DNA of 64,000 nucleotides from Parachlamydiales bacterium. GTDB lineage: Bacteria > Chlamydiota > Chlamydiia > Chlamydiales > JAJFMK01. Below, in pieces: positions 8,706 through 18,544 of this stretch. Position numbers and translations under genes: made by a program. The notes beneath the pieces were generated by a model, which searched no databases, had not been told where the DNA came from, and worked only from the letters and a program-made list of their open reading frames with translations. Each line of letters opens with the position of its first letter. Positions within the stretch are counted from its first letter, which is position 1. The DNA is taken from positions 160,001 through 224,000 of the forward strand of contig CAVXVG010000026.1 of NCBI GenBank assembly GCA_963765145.1, read 5' to 3'.

Positions 8706-9794
8706 TTACTGTACGGCTAACTTCGGCTTGAACCAGAAGTGGCGGACAATATTGAGGCAGGTCAGCGCAATTAAGACAGGATAGATAAACTCTAATATTG
8801 GGCCAATGAACTTTGCGATTCCTTGAAATTCAAGCGTTGAGACCAAAAAGCCAATCACTAGAGTGATCAAAAGAGCGGGGATGTTCCCAATTTTTTCTCT
8901 TAAGACCTCTTTGCGCAAGAAATCTGCAAATAAGGTGACTAAAACAATCGCTGTCGTCAGGCATGCAAAAACAACGGCCGTTGCAACTGCCGGTATGGCC
9001 CATACACCAAGCGATTCCATCGCGATCTTACCTAACATCTCCGGTGGCTGAAAGCCAACTAATTTGGGGGCAAAAATCCAACCCAATAGGACGAGTGAGA
9101 AATAGACTAACGCCAAAATGCCTCCCCCAATGCAGGAAGCTTTGATGAAATGGTTGTAAGGTTTCTCGGCCTGTTTTCTGAGCTGCTGTATCACGAATGT
9201 TGAAAAGAAAAAGGCAGCAAGTAGGTCCATTGTTTGGTAGCCCTGAAAAAACCCATCTTTAAACGCTTGGAAACTGCTGATCTCAACTTGAGGAGAGGGT
9301 GCGCCCTGCTGCAGGCCGAAAAAGGTGATAGCGCCAATCGATAGCAATAAAAAGGGTGTTAAAATGATGCCGAGCGTCGACAGTATCCTACTTTTATTGA
9401 CAGCCAGTAAGAAAATGACCAGGCAAAGGTAAAGACTTGTCCAAACAAGAGGCGCTGTGGCGAATATAAGAGAGATGGCTCCGTGAGCCACAGTCAAACA
9501 GCGGGCCAACACACCAAAAGGACCCATGATCGATAAAGCCAGCAGAGAGAAAAGAAAAATGCCGGGCTTGCCTAAATAGCTAAAAAAATTGTTTAGATCG
9601 CCTTTGTAAAGAAGCATGCCGAATACCCCTAAAAAGGGGACAACCACGCCGGTTAAAAGGATGCCCATTGCAGAAAGAAAGTAGTGTCCACCACATTCGG
9701 TGCCAACAGCGATGGGAAATACTAAGTTCCCTGAACCGAAGAACATGGAAAAAAGGGCAAAACCTGTACTAAGAACGAGCCATGAATTTTTCAT
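8706..9794 (-). CDS. brnQ: Branched-chain amino acid transport system II carrier
   Basis: FALFSMFFGSGNLVFP, GYQTMDLLAAFFF, FACLTTAI; multi-TM. Confidence 0.93.
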   Translation of the reverse strand: MKNSWLVLSTGFALFSMFFGSGNLVFPIAVGTECGGHYFLSAMGILLTGVVVPFLGVFGMLLYKGDLNNFFSYLGKPGIFLFSLLALSIMGPFGVLARCLTVAHGAISLIFATAPLVWTSLYLCLVIFLLAVNKSRILSTLGIILTPFLLLSIGAITFFGLQQGAPSPQVEISSFQAFKDGFFQGYQTMDLLAAFFFSTFVIQQLRKQAEKPYNHFIKASCIGGGILALVYFSLVLLGWIFAPKLVGFQPPEMLGKIAMESLGVWAIPAVATAVVFACLTTAIVLVTLFADFLRKEVLREKIGNIPALLITLVIGFLVSTLEFQGIAKFIGPILEFIYPVLIALTCLNIVRHFWFKPKLAVQ

Positions 9795-9812
9795 TATTCA
9801 ATGAAACCATGT

Positions 9813-10685
9813 TTACTGTTTTTTTGACAAGTAGTCTTGCCTGACCTGTTCAATTTTGTTTAACCAATAAGGGAGAAATATTGTATCTCTATTGTAAGTT
9901 TTATATTTCATCTCTTCATATTTATGTCGAAGAAATCGGGGTGAGATCTCTAGCCAATTGTCAACGATGAGAACCGGTAAATCTTGAAAAAGAGGGTCTA
10001 GATCTGACGATTTCACTATAGGAATAGCCCCCATTAAGATGCATTCCCATGTTCGGTGGCAGTCGAGCCCATTGCCCCGGGGGCTCAAAACAAACTGTGT
10101 TTGTTGAAGGTCGTCTAGATATTCTTCAAAACTTTTGCCGAATACCGCTTTGCAGTAAGGTTTATTTTTAAAAAGATCGTGGACAAAGCCTCTTTCTGCC
10201 CTATTCGTATCTACGGTGAAATTCATGTAGAGGAGGTTGGTTCTCTCTTTAGGAGGCTCTGAAGTTTTCTTGTCGAGAACTTCAATGTTTCCACACCACC
10301 ATCTTTTATTAGCAATCCCGATTGGCATGGGGTGAAGTTTGGGATGGACAACCTTTTGAACATTCTGAGCAAACCAAGCAATGATTTTATTGTCGTGAAG
10401 GAATTGTCCAAAAGCCCCAGGAACCGGGTTGTCATCATCATGGCTCACTAAGATGTAGGGATTTTTGATAAGTGAGTGGAAATTACGGAAGAAGTGGTCT
10501 AAATAGGGTGTGACAACATAAACCAGATCTCCCCGTTGAACCTTCTTCGTGTCTAATGTGGGGTGGTCAACATCTACAATATGGTGGCAAAATGCTTTTA
10601 TATTGTCACCGGTAAGATAAAGATTATCTACATTTGCAGAGAGAGTGCCAAACAAACAAGCAAGGATTAGGACGAACTTATGCAT
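9813..10685 (-). CDS. Exostosin/GT47-like glycosyltransferase with signal peptide
   Basis: FVLSPRGNGLDCHRTWECILMGAIPIV; start overlaps the upstream oxidoreductase stop. Confidence 0.75.
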   Translation of the reverse strand: MHKFVLILACLFGTLSANVDNLYLTGDNIKAFCHHIVDVDHPTLDTKKVQRGDLVYVVTPYLDHFFRNFHSLIKNPYILVSHDDDNPVPGAFGQFLHDNKIIAWFAQNVQKVVHPKLHPMPIGIANKRWWCGNIEVLDKKTSEPPKERTNLLYMNFTVDTNRAERGFVHDLFKNKPYCKAVFGKSFEEYLDDLQQTQFVLSPRGNGLDCHRTWECILMGAIPIVKSSDLDPLFQDLPVLIVDNWLEISPRFLRHKYEEMKYKTYNRDTIFLPYWLNKIEQVRQDYLSKKQ

Positions 10686-11703
10686 AAAAAAACGGTTCCC
10701 TAGTAAGACGAAATAATTTTTCGTTTAATGTAGGGAAAACGTGGTGTGTTTTGCAATAAGTTTTAAAAAGCGTTGGTCTTAAGAGGCAGTGGTGAAGGAG
10801 CGAGGCCGTTTTAATTCGCATAGAATGCCGTTTTTTCCATTCTTTTTTGAAGCCTTCAGGGTCATTTCGGAGGGCAAAATCGGCAGCCATCATTCCTGAT
10901 GCTATTGAAAGCGAAAGGCCTGCACCGGAAGCCGGAGGGATAGCGCTTAATGCATCTCCAATAAAAAATGTGTTCGGAAGGGGAGGAGTATTTCTGATTC
11001 CGAAGGGGGGGATTTTGGCTACCATCCAAGAGGGAAAAAGCATGTGCCCCTTTTCAAAAACCTCTCTAAAGCCTTCGTCTTTAGAGCAAAGTTGATCAAG
11101 TGTTGGCAGCTCTTTTTGATTGGACAGGAGTGCAACATTATAAACGCCCTTTTCAACTTCAGTGATACCGACATAACACCCCGGAAATGAGAACATCATG
11201 AGAGGCGCTTTCAATTTTAGGCCCGAAAAGTAGGCTTTGGCGCCTAGGTAAATAGGCTGATATTTGGAGGGGAAAAAGGGGAGCCTTCCTGCAGCAATAA
11301 ACAGTTGAGAGTAGGGGATGGCCCGCTTTTCTGTTTGGATCTCATTTGGCCGAATAGCCACTACCTTTTCCGGAATCAGGACGGCCCCTTTGTTTTGGGC
11401 ATAGGCTAAAAGCTTCTGATCAAAAGTAAGATGGGACATCGTCCCAGCAGGCTGCGCGAAAGAGAACCGCAAATCAGAGTTTTGACTGCAAAACAAAGCG
11501 GTGTCGATTTTCTGGTCGAAAGTGATGCCCCATGCCTGAAGCTGTGGCAGACACTCTGGAGAAAAAAATTCACCGCAGACTTTATGTGAAGGGAAGGGGG
11601 TAGATTCGAGGATGATGGGGCGAGCTCCTTGATCAACCAAGCTGCAAGCAGCTGACAAACCAGCAACGCCTGCTCCAATGATGATTTGAGTCTCTTTATC
11701 CAA
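10678..11703 (-). CDS. FAD-dependent oxidoreductase/monooxygenase of the type III PKS cluster
   Basis: IIGAGVAG, HKVCGEF, IGDALSAIPPASGAG. Confidence 0.85.
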   Translation of the reverse strand: MDKETQIIIGAGVAGLSAACSLVDQGARPIILESTPFPSHKVCGEFFSPECLPQLQAWGITFDQKIDTALFCSQNSDLRFSFAQPAGTMSHLTFDQKLLAYAQNKGAVLIPEKVVAIRPNEIQTEKRAIPYSQLFIAAGRLPFFPSKYQPIYLGAKAYFSGLKLKAPLMMFSFPGCYVGITEVEKGVYNVALLSNQKELPTLDQLCSKDEGFREVFEKGHMLFPSWMVAKIPPFGIRNTPPLPNTFFIGDALSAIPPASGAGLSLSIASGMMAADFALRNDPEGFKKEWKKRHSMRIKTASLLHHCLLRPTLFKTYCKTHHVFPTLNEKLFRLTREPFFYA

Positions 11704-12370
11704 TCTCTACACACCACCGAAAAGGCCATTTCCAAGCAATGGAGGCATTTTCTTTTGCTATCTTTGCTTTGTCCAAGAGAGTTTCCCAATCGTTTCGTTT
11801 AAAACCTTTCTGGATCGATAAGAGGCCGTCATGCCAAATGAGTCTATTTCTAAAAAATAGGCGCGATACGATCGCAAATAAAACGTAAGCTGACCTTGAG
11901 CGATGCAGGTCATTGATAACTAATTTGTTTTTTGCCACTTTCGCCAATTGCTGGACAAACGGCACTAATGTCTCGTCATCTAAATGGTGACAAACAAGAG
12001 TTGTTGTTACAACGTCAAAACTTTGAGGTGAAAAATCGTGGATGTTTCCGTGTTGGAAGGTAAGATTTGGTCTTGACCAATGACGACTTGCCCTTGCGAT
12101 AGCAGCACCATCTATATCCATTCCCACAACATGAGCGTGAGGGAAGGCTTTTGCCAGTTTGTGGGCAAAATCTCCTCCGCCGCAACCGACATCCAAAATG
12201 GTTTTAGGGCTATAGCGGCCAATGGCATTTAGAGAAATGCGATCTCCCCTTAACCATTTTCCAATCTTTGCCAGCATGGCAAGGCATTCATCATATTCTA
12301 AAGAGGTATAATGTTTCGGTCCAAGATCGATGATTTCGGGGGCCGTTTTCCTTGTGCGAAAAGCTCTCAT
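11696..12370 (-). CDS. SAM-dependent methyltransferase of the type III PKS cluster
   Basis: ILDVGCGGGD, LVCHHL, INDLHRS, HDGLLSI. Confidence 0.88.
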   Translation of the reverse strand: MRAFRTRKTAPEIIDLGPKHYTSLEYDECLAMLAKIGKWLRGDRISLNAIGRYSPKTILDVGCGGGDFAHKLAKAFPHAHVVGMDIDGAAIARASRHWSRPNLTFQHGNIHDFSPQSFDVVTTTLVCHHLDDETLVPFVQQLAKVAKNKLVINDLHRSRSAYVLFAIVSRLFFRNRLIWHDGLLSIQKGFKRNDWETLLDKAKIAKENASIAWKWPFRWCVEIG

Positions 12371-13407
12371 CTATTTTTAAATAGCATCCCTTCAATGGAT
12401 AATCCCGGTCCCATGGCAAGACCGATGCAGTGAGGGTTTTTTGTCCCTAAGCGCAACAATTCCTCCAAAACAAACAAAAAAGTGGCGCTCGACATATTGC
12501 CATAATTTTTCAAGGTGTTCCAAGATGCCAAAGTTTGTTCTGAATTAAGCGATAACCCCTTTTCTATCTGCTCTAATATAGCTTTGCCGCCAGGGTGGAT
12601 CGCCCAGTCAACTTTTCCCTTTTCGTGTGCCAGTTCCTTCACAAAGGAGGGGATGGTTTGTCCCATAAGTTCCGGTACATCCTTTTTTAAACGCATCACA
12701 AAACCATGGTCGCCCATATCCCAAGACATTTTATCTTGGGAATGGGGGACGCCAAGCGAGGCTTTTTTAACGATTTCTAAAAGCCCTTTCTGCTGGCCTA
12801 CAATGGCTGCTGCCGCACCATCTGCAAAAATGGCATTGGAAACAGCTGCTTCCAAATCGTTTTGCGTTTGCACATGAAGTGAACACAGCTCGGTGCAGAC
12901 CACTAACACTCTGTGCCGCTTGTCTTCTTTTGCGATGCTATCTGCCAAACCAAGCCCTTTGAATGCACCAAAACAGCCCATGAAATTAATGCCATATCTT
13001 CCAACAGTTCGGGGTAAGCCCAAAGTGTCCATGAGGAGATATTCTAAGCCGGGAGCATACATCCCGGTGCAAGAGGCAGAAATGATGTGAGTAATCTCGG
13101 AAGGATTGCCTCCCCACTGCTTAAGTGCGTCATGGGCAGCTTTATAGGCTAATTTCGGCGCTTCTGTTTTGTAGATGGCGTTTAAATATGTTGGCTTTGG
13201 GGGTTTGTTAAGATGAGAAAAGAGCTCTTCACTAAAAGGACGCACGGTGTGGCGCTTTTCGATGGCGCTGTTTTTATAAATCCGTCTGATTTTTGACGCC
13301 TCCACCCCTTTCAAGCAGAGCGAATCGATCATTTTTTCACCGATCTCTTCTTGGGACATAGAATAGCCTGCCTTAGCAGTCGCAATGGATAAGATATCTG
13401 TGCTCAT
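12367..13407 (-). CDS. Type III polyketide synthase (chalcone/stilbene synthase family)
   Basis: Catalytic Cys-His-Asn in FMGCFG, IHPGG, YGNMSS; ELCSLH, FADGAAA, GPGLSIE. Confidence 0.95.
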   Translation of the reverse strand: MSTDILSIATAKAGYSMSQEEIGEKMIDSLCLKGVEASKIRRIYKNSAIEKRHTVRPFSEELFSHLNKPPKPTYLNAIYKTEAPKLAYKAAHDALKQWGGNPSEITHIISASCTGMYAPGLEYLLMDTLGLPRTVGRYGINFMGCFGAFKGLGLADSIAKEDKRHRVLVVCTELCSLHVQTQNDLEAAVSNAIFADGAAAAIVGQQKGLLEIVKKASLGVPHSQDKMSWDMGDHGFVMRLKKDVPELMGQTIPSFVKELAHEKGKVDWAIHPGGKAILEQIEKGLSLNSEQTLASWNTLKNYGNMSSATFLFVLEELLRLGTKNPHCIGLAMGPGLSIEGMLFKNR

Positions 13408-13464
13408 GAGGAACAAGATGATCTGAGATGGAGTTTTTAGTCTAGTTTGTTAAAATGGCTGGCT

Positions 13465-14700
13465 ATGTATTCGATTCTCCTTTCCCTTCTTCTGTCCGCA
13501 GCGACCGAACCTGCAACGTTTAAAGAAATTTCTCGGGACAAGCAGGCAAATTATGAAACGGTTGTGCTAAACGTACAGTCGATTCAATGGTTAAAATATC
13601 CTGCGTGGACCCACCCTGTCCGTTTAACCATTCCGGAAACTGTTGAAACAGAGAACGTCCTTGTTTTTCTTAAAGGGGGAGACACCACCACCCCTTTGCA
13701 CGAAACCTCGCCGGACTTGATAGAGGGCGCATTAAAAACAAAAGCTATTGTGGCAGAAATTTTTGCCATTCCTAACCAGCCTTGCGTTTTTAATGAGGGG
13801 AAAGCGAAAAGAGATGACGAGTTAGTGGCCTATAGCTGGAAATGCTTTTTGGACACCGGCGATGAAGACTATCCGTTGCATCAGCCGATGGCAGAAGCTG
13901 TTAAAACAGTGATCAGCGCCATACAAGATTACCTCAAAAATAAACCGAAAGGATATGTCCTAACAGGAGAATCAAAAAGAGGTTGGGTCTCTTATTTGGC
14001 AGCGGCCGAGGATAAACGGGTCAAGGCGATCATCCCTGTTGTTGCCGACTTCCTCAATATAAAGGAAAATTTTACCCACCATTTTCAATCTTTGAAAAGC
14101 TGGTCTCCTGCCATAAAAGATTATTTAGATTTAGGGCTTGATGATCGGATGTTTACCCACGAGCGGTACAATGCGTTGATGAGCCGAGAAGATGCGTATT
14201 CTTTCAGGCAACAGCTGACCCTTCCAAAGTATCTCATTTTGGCATCAGGCGATCCCTTTTCCATGCCGGACACTGTAAAAACCTATCTTCGAGGATTGGT
14301 CGGGCCTACCTATCTTCGCTTAATTCCCAACTGCGGCCACAAGATCGACATTAAAGAGTACTACCCCTCTCTTTTCACCTTTTTCAAGTTAGTTAGTTCC
14401 GGCGCTCAAGTTCCTGCGCTTCGATGGAAAGTTAGTGAGGGAAAGCTAAAGGTAGAACCCTCTGTTAAGCCGGAAGAAATGAAACTTTGGAGCAGTGCAA
14501 ACCCAAAAGCGCGCGATTTTCGGTTTGATTTCACCGCCTGCCGTTTTACCTCATCTAGCTTTGACCCTCCCTACATATTGGCTTTAAATGACCCTCAAGA
14601 GGGGTGGAAAGCTGAATTTGTGGAGGCGACTTTTAAAACAAAAGCCGGCCCTTTGGTGCTGACAACCGAAGCTTTTGTCCAACCCGAACGTTATCCTTAA
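13465..14700 (+). CDS. PqaA-like (PhoPQ-activated pathogenicity-related) alpha/beta hydrolase, secreted
   Basis: [36 protein letters not shown]. Confidence 0.85.
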   Translation: MYSILLSLLLSAATEPATFKEISRDKQANYETVVLNVQSIQWLKYPAWTHPVRLTIPETVETENVLVFLKGGDTTTPLHETSPDLIEGALKTKAIVAEIFAIPNQPCVFNEGKAKRDDELVAYSWKCFLDTGDEDYPLHQPMAEAVKTVISAIQDYLKNKPKGYVLTGESKRGWVSYLAAAEDKRVKAIIPVVADFLNIKENFTHHFQSLKSWSPAIKDYLDLGLDDRMFTHERYNALMSREDAYSFRQQLTLPKYLILASGDPFSMPDTVKTYLRGLVGPTYLRLIPNCGHKIDIKEYYPSLFTFFKLVSSGAQVPALRWKVSEGKLKVEPSVKPEEMKLWSSANPKARDFRFDFTACRFTSSSFDPPYILALNDPQEGWKAEFVEATFKTKAGPLVLTTEAFVQPERYP

Positions 14701-14774
14701 GCTTGAGATTTAAAATTGGGTTGAATATTTTTCTCATCTGGTGTAACTCCACAGTTTTTACGGAGAAAAAAATC

Positions 14775-14936
14775 ATGCTCAATTGGGCCATTACGTTTCT
14801 GGTCATTGCGATCATTGCGGCTATCTTAGGATTTACAGGTATTGCAGGTGTTGCGACCGAATTTGCTAAAATTCTGTTTTTAATTTTCATCATTTTGTTC
14901 CTGATTTCACTCATCAGAGGATGGACAAGACGATAA
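14775..14936 (+). CDS. DUF1328 (UPF0391) small membrane protein
   Basis: [25 protein letters not shown]...AKILF. Confidence 0.9.
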   Translation: MLNWAITFLVIAIIAAILGFTGIAGVATEFAKILFLIFIILFLISLIRGWTRR

Positions 14937-14981
14937 CGCTTGCCTAAAACATACAGTTTCTAGTACATTTTCAGTCGATTC

Positions 14982-15054
14982 GGGGGTTTAGCTCAGTTGG
15001 TAGAGCATCTGATTTGCATTCAGAGGGTCAGGAGTTCGAATCTCCTAGCCTCCA
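14982..15054 (+). tRNA. tRNA-Ala(TGC)
   Basis: Cloverleaf, anticodon loop TTTGCAT, G3:U70 pair, TTCGAAT T-loop; CCA not encoded. Confidence 0.95.
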
Positions 15055-15057
15055 TTC

Positions 15058-15131
15058 GCGGTTATAGCTCAGTTGGTTAGAGCGCGACACTGATAATGTC
15101 GAGGTCCCAAGTTCAAATCTTGGTAACCGCA
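15058..15131 (+). tRNA. tRNA-Ile(GAT)
   Basis: Acceptor GCGGTTA/TAACCGC, anticodon loop CTGATAA, TTCAAAT T-loop. Confidence 0.95.
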
Positions 15132-15170
15132 CATCCTTTTCATATCCAATCCCTTTTACTACAATTTCAA

Positions 15171-15311
15171 CCCTTGCCCTTGCTCGAATTTTTGCCTTAG
15201 ATGTTTTCTGGACACATTAAACAGGCCGTTTATTAAAAGCTTTTCGGGCAAGGGCAAGGGCAAGGGCAAGGGCAAGGGCAAGGGCAAGGGCAAGGGCAAG
15301 GGCAAGGGCAC
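15171..15311. repeat. Inverted hexamer-array element with no gene inside
   Basis: (CCCTTG)2-CTCGAA at 15171-15188; (GGGCAA)10-GGGCAC at 15246-15311. Confidence 0.9.
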
Positions 15312-15393
15312 GTTTAAAATTAGGCAAAGGCATTCTTTTGACAATAAAGGAGCTTTCTATAGAATCAAATTTCTATAAAAGAGGGTTTCTTAA

Positions 15394-15945
15394 ATGAGTA
15401 TAGGGGCAATCAGAGCGGCTGAACGGAAAGATCGATTGGTCGAATTAGACGAAATAGCCGATAGAATTCCGCTAGTCAGCACGCTGACCAATTTTTCAGA
15501 CCTCCTGTTGAAAGGCGCTTTAAGCCTGATGGATCAGGAAAGGCTTGACGAAGTCTTGAAATCTCATTTTTTTCAACACATACACGATAAAAGCGCCATC
15601 CGTTGCGTGACTCTTTTAGTTCCTGTGTTAGGAAATGGCATCATCTATTACTACGATCTAAAAACAAGGCAGCTGTCCGAGCCTGAAGTGGTCAATGATG
15701 AAGGAGAGGCTTTGACTGCCGAACAGATCGCCGATGTCTTGCAAAAAGCAGCAGAAGAGGCGAAAAAGGAAGAAATGGGAGAAGAGCAAAAGCCTGCCAC
15801 TCTCATTATCCTTCCTCCGCTAGAAACGATTGAAGAAGTCAAACCTGAGAGTGCTCCAGCTCTTACCCCTCAGATTTTATCTAAAAATGGGCGACCTATC
15901 ATCAAGCCTAAGCTGATCAAGGCAGGTCTTGGTATAAAAATATAA
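15394..15945 (+). CDS. Hypothetical protein
   Basis: 183-aa ORF with RBS-like GAGGG; IPLVSTLTN...RCVTLLVPVLGN hydrophobic segments. Confidence 0.6.
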   Translation: MSIGAIRAAERKDRLVELDEIADRIPLVSTLTNFSDLLLKGALSLMDQERLDEVLKSHFFQHIHDKSAIRCVTLLVPVLGNGIIYYYDLKTRQLSEPEVVNDEGEALTAEQIADVLQKAAEEAKKEEMGEEQKPATLIILPPLETIEEVKPESAPALTPQILSKNGRPIIKPKLIKAGLGIKI

Positions 15946-15987
15946 GATGTAAATAAAAAGAAAAGTAGGCATAATAAAAAAACTATT

Positions 15988-17592
15988 ATGAGCCTAACTG
16001 TTTCTACTTATCATACTCCGGTACGTGTTGCTTCTGTCACTCAAGCGCCCACGGTTGCTGCTGTTTTAAATTTTGCTGAAAAAATGGCAACTTCAATTCC
16101 TCCAAACCGGAGGATTGAAAGGCCTGTTTTTTGGATCCAGACCGGCTTTGAACGGTTGATGCGGATCGTTTGCCGGGTTGCTATCTGGGTCTTCAATCAT
16201 GGCGCGATGCAACGAGCTAAAGAAGAGATGCAAACCGCGACGCCGGAAAGGATTTGCGACCTTGCCAAGCCATTTGCCCCGTTTTTCCCCGAATTTGCCT
16301 TATTGGCTTTTATTTACGGCGATAAAAATGATGCAAAAATCAAGGAATTAGAAGCGCTTTGGCTGCCATATGGATATCTCCTAACATCGGATCTATCGTC
16401 TAGCCTTGTGCAAAAAGAGGCCGAAAAACGAAATCTTTTAAACCCATTTGCAGATTTGATCACGTTTGAGGTTGCGAATTCTTCGTTTTCAGAAGAGGCC
16501 AAAGTTGAAAAGGCGCTAGACCTGTTGCAAGTAGCATCAAGTTCGCTGCGAAAAGACAACCTCGATTTTATTGCCCATGTGATTTCTGAGACCTTTATTG
16601 CTCTTTTTCCAGAGGGGATACCAGACCACAAAACAGACTTGTGGGATCAATTAGAAGACCTAATAAGCGATGCAGAGACAATCGGCGGCCAAAAGAGGGC
16701 AGAATATTTAAAAGATCATCTATTGATCTTTGTAAAAACGTTTCTAAAAGGGTCTGAAGATGTTCTTATGCGTCTCATTCGGGCCCATATCAGGCAAGCA
16801 AATCAACCTAATTCGGCAAAGTTGCTCAATCATCTTTCACAAGATAGATGGGCAAAGTTCATCAAAGACGACGAGCTGCGTATTATTCAAAAATGCCTTC
16901 ATGATGATGTCGAAAATGACCCTTCAATATTGCTTGGTACCCTTTTTAATAAATTTGAAGAAGCCGAAATGAATTTGCAGGATATGGCAGAATGTTATCT
17001 TTTTCCATCACCCTATCATGAGCGCTCGTCAGCAAAACTTATCAAATACTATTTTGATGATGGCTATCCGACTGGTACTGACGGGCTATATACAGCAATC
17101 TTTTCAATAGAAGATAAACAGATTCATTATGTTTCTCATCTTTTGCGTGAAAGCGGACAGGTGACCCTCATTCCTGGATTTACATCGCCAAAAGATCATG
17201 ATGCAAGGACCTATTATCTTTTAGAAGAAGACTTAAACCATTTGGAAAAGAAAAATTTTGATGGAGTTAGTCAGATGTTGGAAAGGCAAAGTTTTGACCT
17301 GATCCAAGCAGGATTTAAAGATTGGAAATTCAGCATTGAGAATCTCCGTAAGCTGGCTAAACTTTATCAAGACAAACTCGATACGGTTAAACTGTCCTTT
17401 GTCTCTGTTGGGCGCAAAGAAAGGCTTGCAGGTGACGAGGTGGAAGCGACCCGTTTAGAGTTGGTTAAACGGATGGAAGAGGCGTGGAGAACAAAATTTC
17501 CTGAAGACAAGAAGTTTTCCTTGGCCGAGTTTCGCGAGATCGAACTCATGGATGAGCTAAACGAGCTCATCAAAATCCTGGAAGAGCCTTAG
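15988..17592 (+). CDS. Hypothetical helical protein (possible secreted effector)
   Basis: 534-aa ORF with Ser/Thr-rich N-terminus; no recognisable domain. Confidence 0.6.
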   Translation: MSLTVSTYHTPVRVASVTQAPTVAAVLNFAEKMATSIPPNRRIERPVFWIQTGFERLMRIVCRVAIWVFNHGAMQRAKEEMQTATPERICDLAKPFAPFFPEFALLAFIYGDKNDAKIKELEALWLPYGYLLTSDLSSSLVQKEAEKRNLLNPFADLITFEVANSSFSEEAKVEKALDLLQVASSSLRKDNLDFIAHVISETFIALFPEGIPDHKTDLWDQLEDLISDAETIGGQKRAEYLKDHLLIFVKTFLKGSEDVLMRLIRAHIRQANQPNSAKLLNHLSQDRWAKFIKDDELRIIQKCLHDDVENDPSILLGTLFNKFEEAEMNLQDMAECYLFPSPYHERSSAKLIKYYFDDGYPTGTDGLYTAIFSIEDKQIHYVSHLLRESGQVTLIPGFTSPKDHDARTYYLLEEDLNHLEKKNFDGVSQMLERQSFDLIQAGFKDWKFSIENLRKLAKLYQDKLDTVKLSFVSVGRKERLAGDEVEATRLELVKRMEEAWRTKFPEDKKFSLAEFREIELMDELNELIKILEEP

Positions 17593-18119
17593 TCCGCGCC
17601 AGCGTTTGGAGTGCTAAACGGCCTTGTTGCATAATTAATCGCCATCATGAGAAATGTAGCTTAGGCTTTAGAGCCACTTGCAAAAATCAGTTCTGCTGGA
17701 AAAATAGGCCCGTAAGGGCCGAAATATGAAAGCCCTGGTCGAAGGCCAGGGTAAGAGTTGTAAATAGAAATTGGAGTCCTGAAGGGACGACATATCTTAT
17801 TCTAGAAATAACCTAGAAGGCAATTATGCCGTCCTTTCAGGACTCCAATTATATTTCACATTTGTAACCCAGGCCTTCGGCGCTGGGCTTTCATATTTCG
17901 GTCCTTCGGACCTATTTTCTAAAGAATGGCCCACTATTCGAATTTTGCAAGTCCCTCTTTAGCCTGAGTTCGTTTTTGCGGGTTTTAACCCGCAAGCTTC
18001 TAGCAGGACTAAAGTCCTGCAAAACGAGCTCAGGCTAAAGCCTAAGCTACAATGTGTATGCGAATTCTATTTGATTATGCAACAAGGCCGTTTAGCACTC
18101 CAAACGCTTCGCGGACTAA
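17589..18119. mobile_element. Five-level nested palindromic element E[D[A[B[C]]]] filling the intergenic space
   Basis: Concentric IRs: E+D 17589-17635 / 18074-18119; A split 17655-17671 / 17957-18051; B 17672-17685 / 17943-17956; C 17701-17918. Confidence 0.85.
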
Positions 18120-18544
18120 CTGGCGAAGGATTTTATCTTTTGTAACAGGTAGATGGTGCCGTTTTGCTTGATCTGCATCTCTTTGAGAGTGTTGATTGCA
18201 TCATCCATTGCGTCATTCCCTATCAATGGATTGGTAAATTTTAACCACCCCAAAGAGTGAGCCTGCACTTTTAAAAAGTGGGCAATTTCGATAGCTACAG
18301 GTGTGAGCTTCTCGATCTCTTCTCGCAATTGCCGATAAGTCTTGTCTTTCATCAAAAGGACAGAAACGACGTCTTCGTCCGGCGGGATGATCCAATCCTC
18401 GGTAGGGGTTCCTGGCAAATTAGTTGCCTCTACTTGCCCTTCTACTTTTTCCCATTTTTCAATTTTCAATTTCTGAAAACTTAAAAGGGCAGACAGTAAG
18501 TTGTTCAAAACATCGGCGTCGTATTTTTTATTTCGTTTGGTCAT
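18116..18544 (-). CDS. Hypothetical protein coupled to htpX
   Basis: 142-aa ORF; ATGA overlap with the htpX stop. Confidence 0.65.
   Translation of the reverse strand: MTKRNKKYDADVLNNLLSALLSFQKLKIEKWEKVEGQVEATNLPGTPTEDWIIPPDEDVVSVLLMKDKTYRQLREEIEKLTPVAIEIAHFLKVQAHSLGWLKFTNPLIGNDAMDDAINTLKEMQIKQNGTIYLLQKIKSFAS

Noticed and set aside
14982..15131. tRNA-Ala/tRNA-Ile as an rRNA spacer
   Set aside because: No 16S or 23S sequence flanks them
15246..15311. Possible CRISPR array
   Set aside because: Pure 6-bp tandem repeat with no spacers, and no cas genes in the window
15159..15344. ORF encoding LPLPLPLP...
   Set aside because: It is a translation of the hexamer array with no other coding evidence
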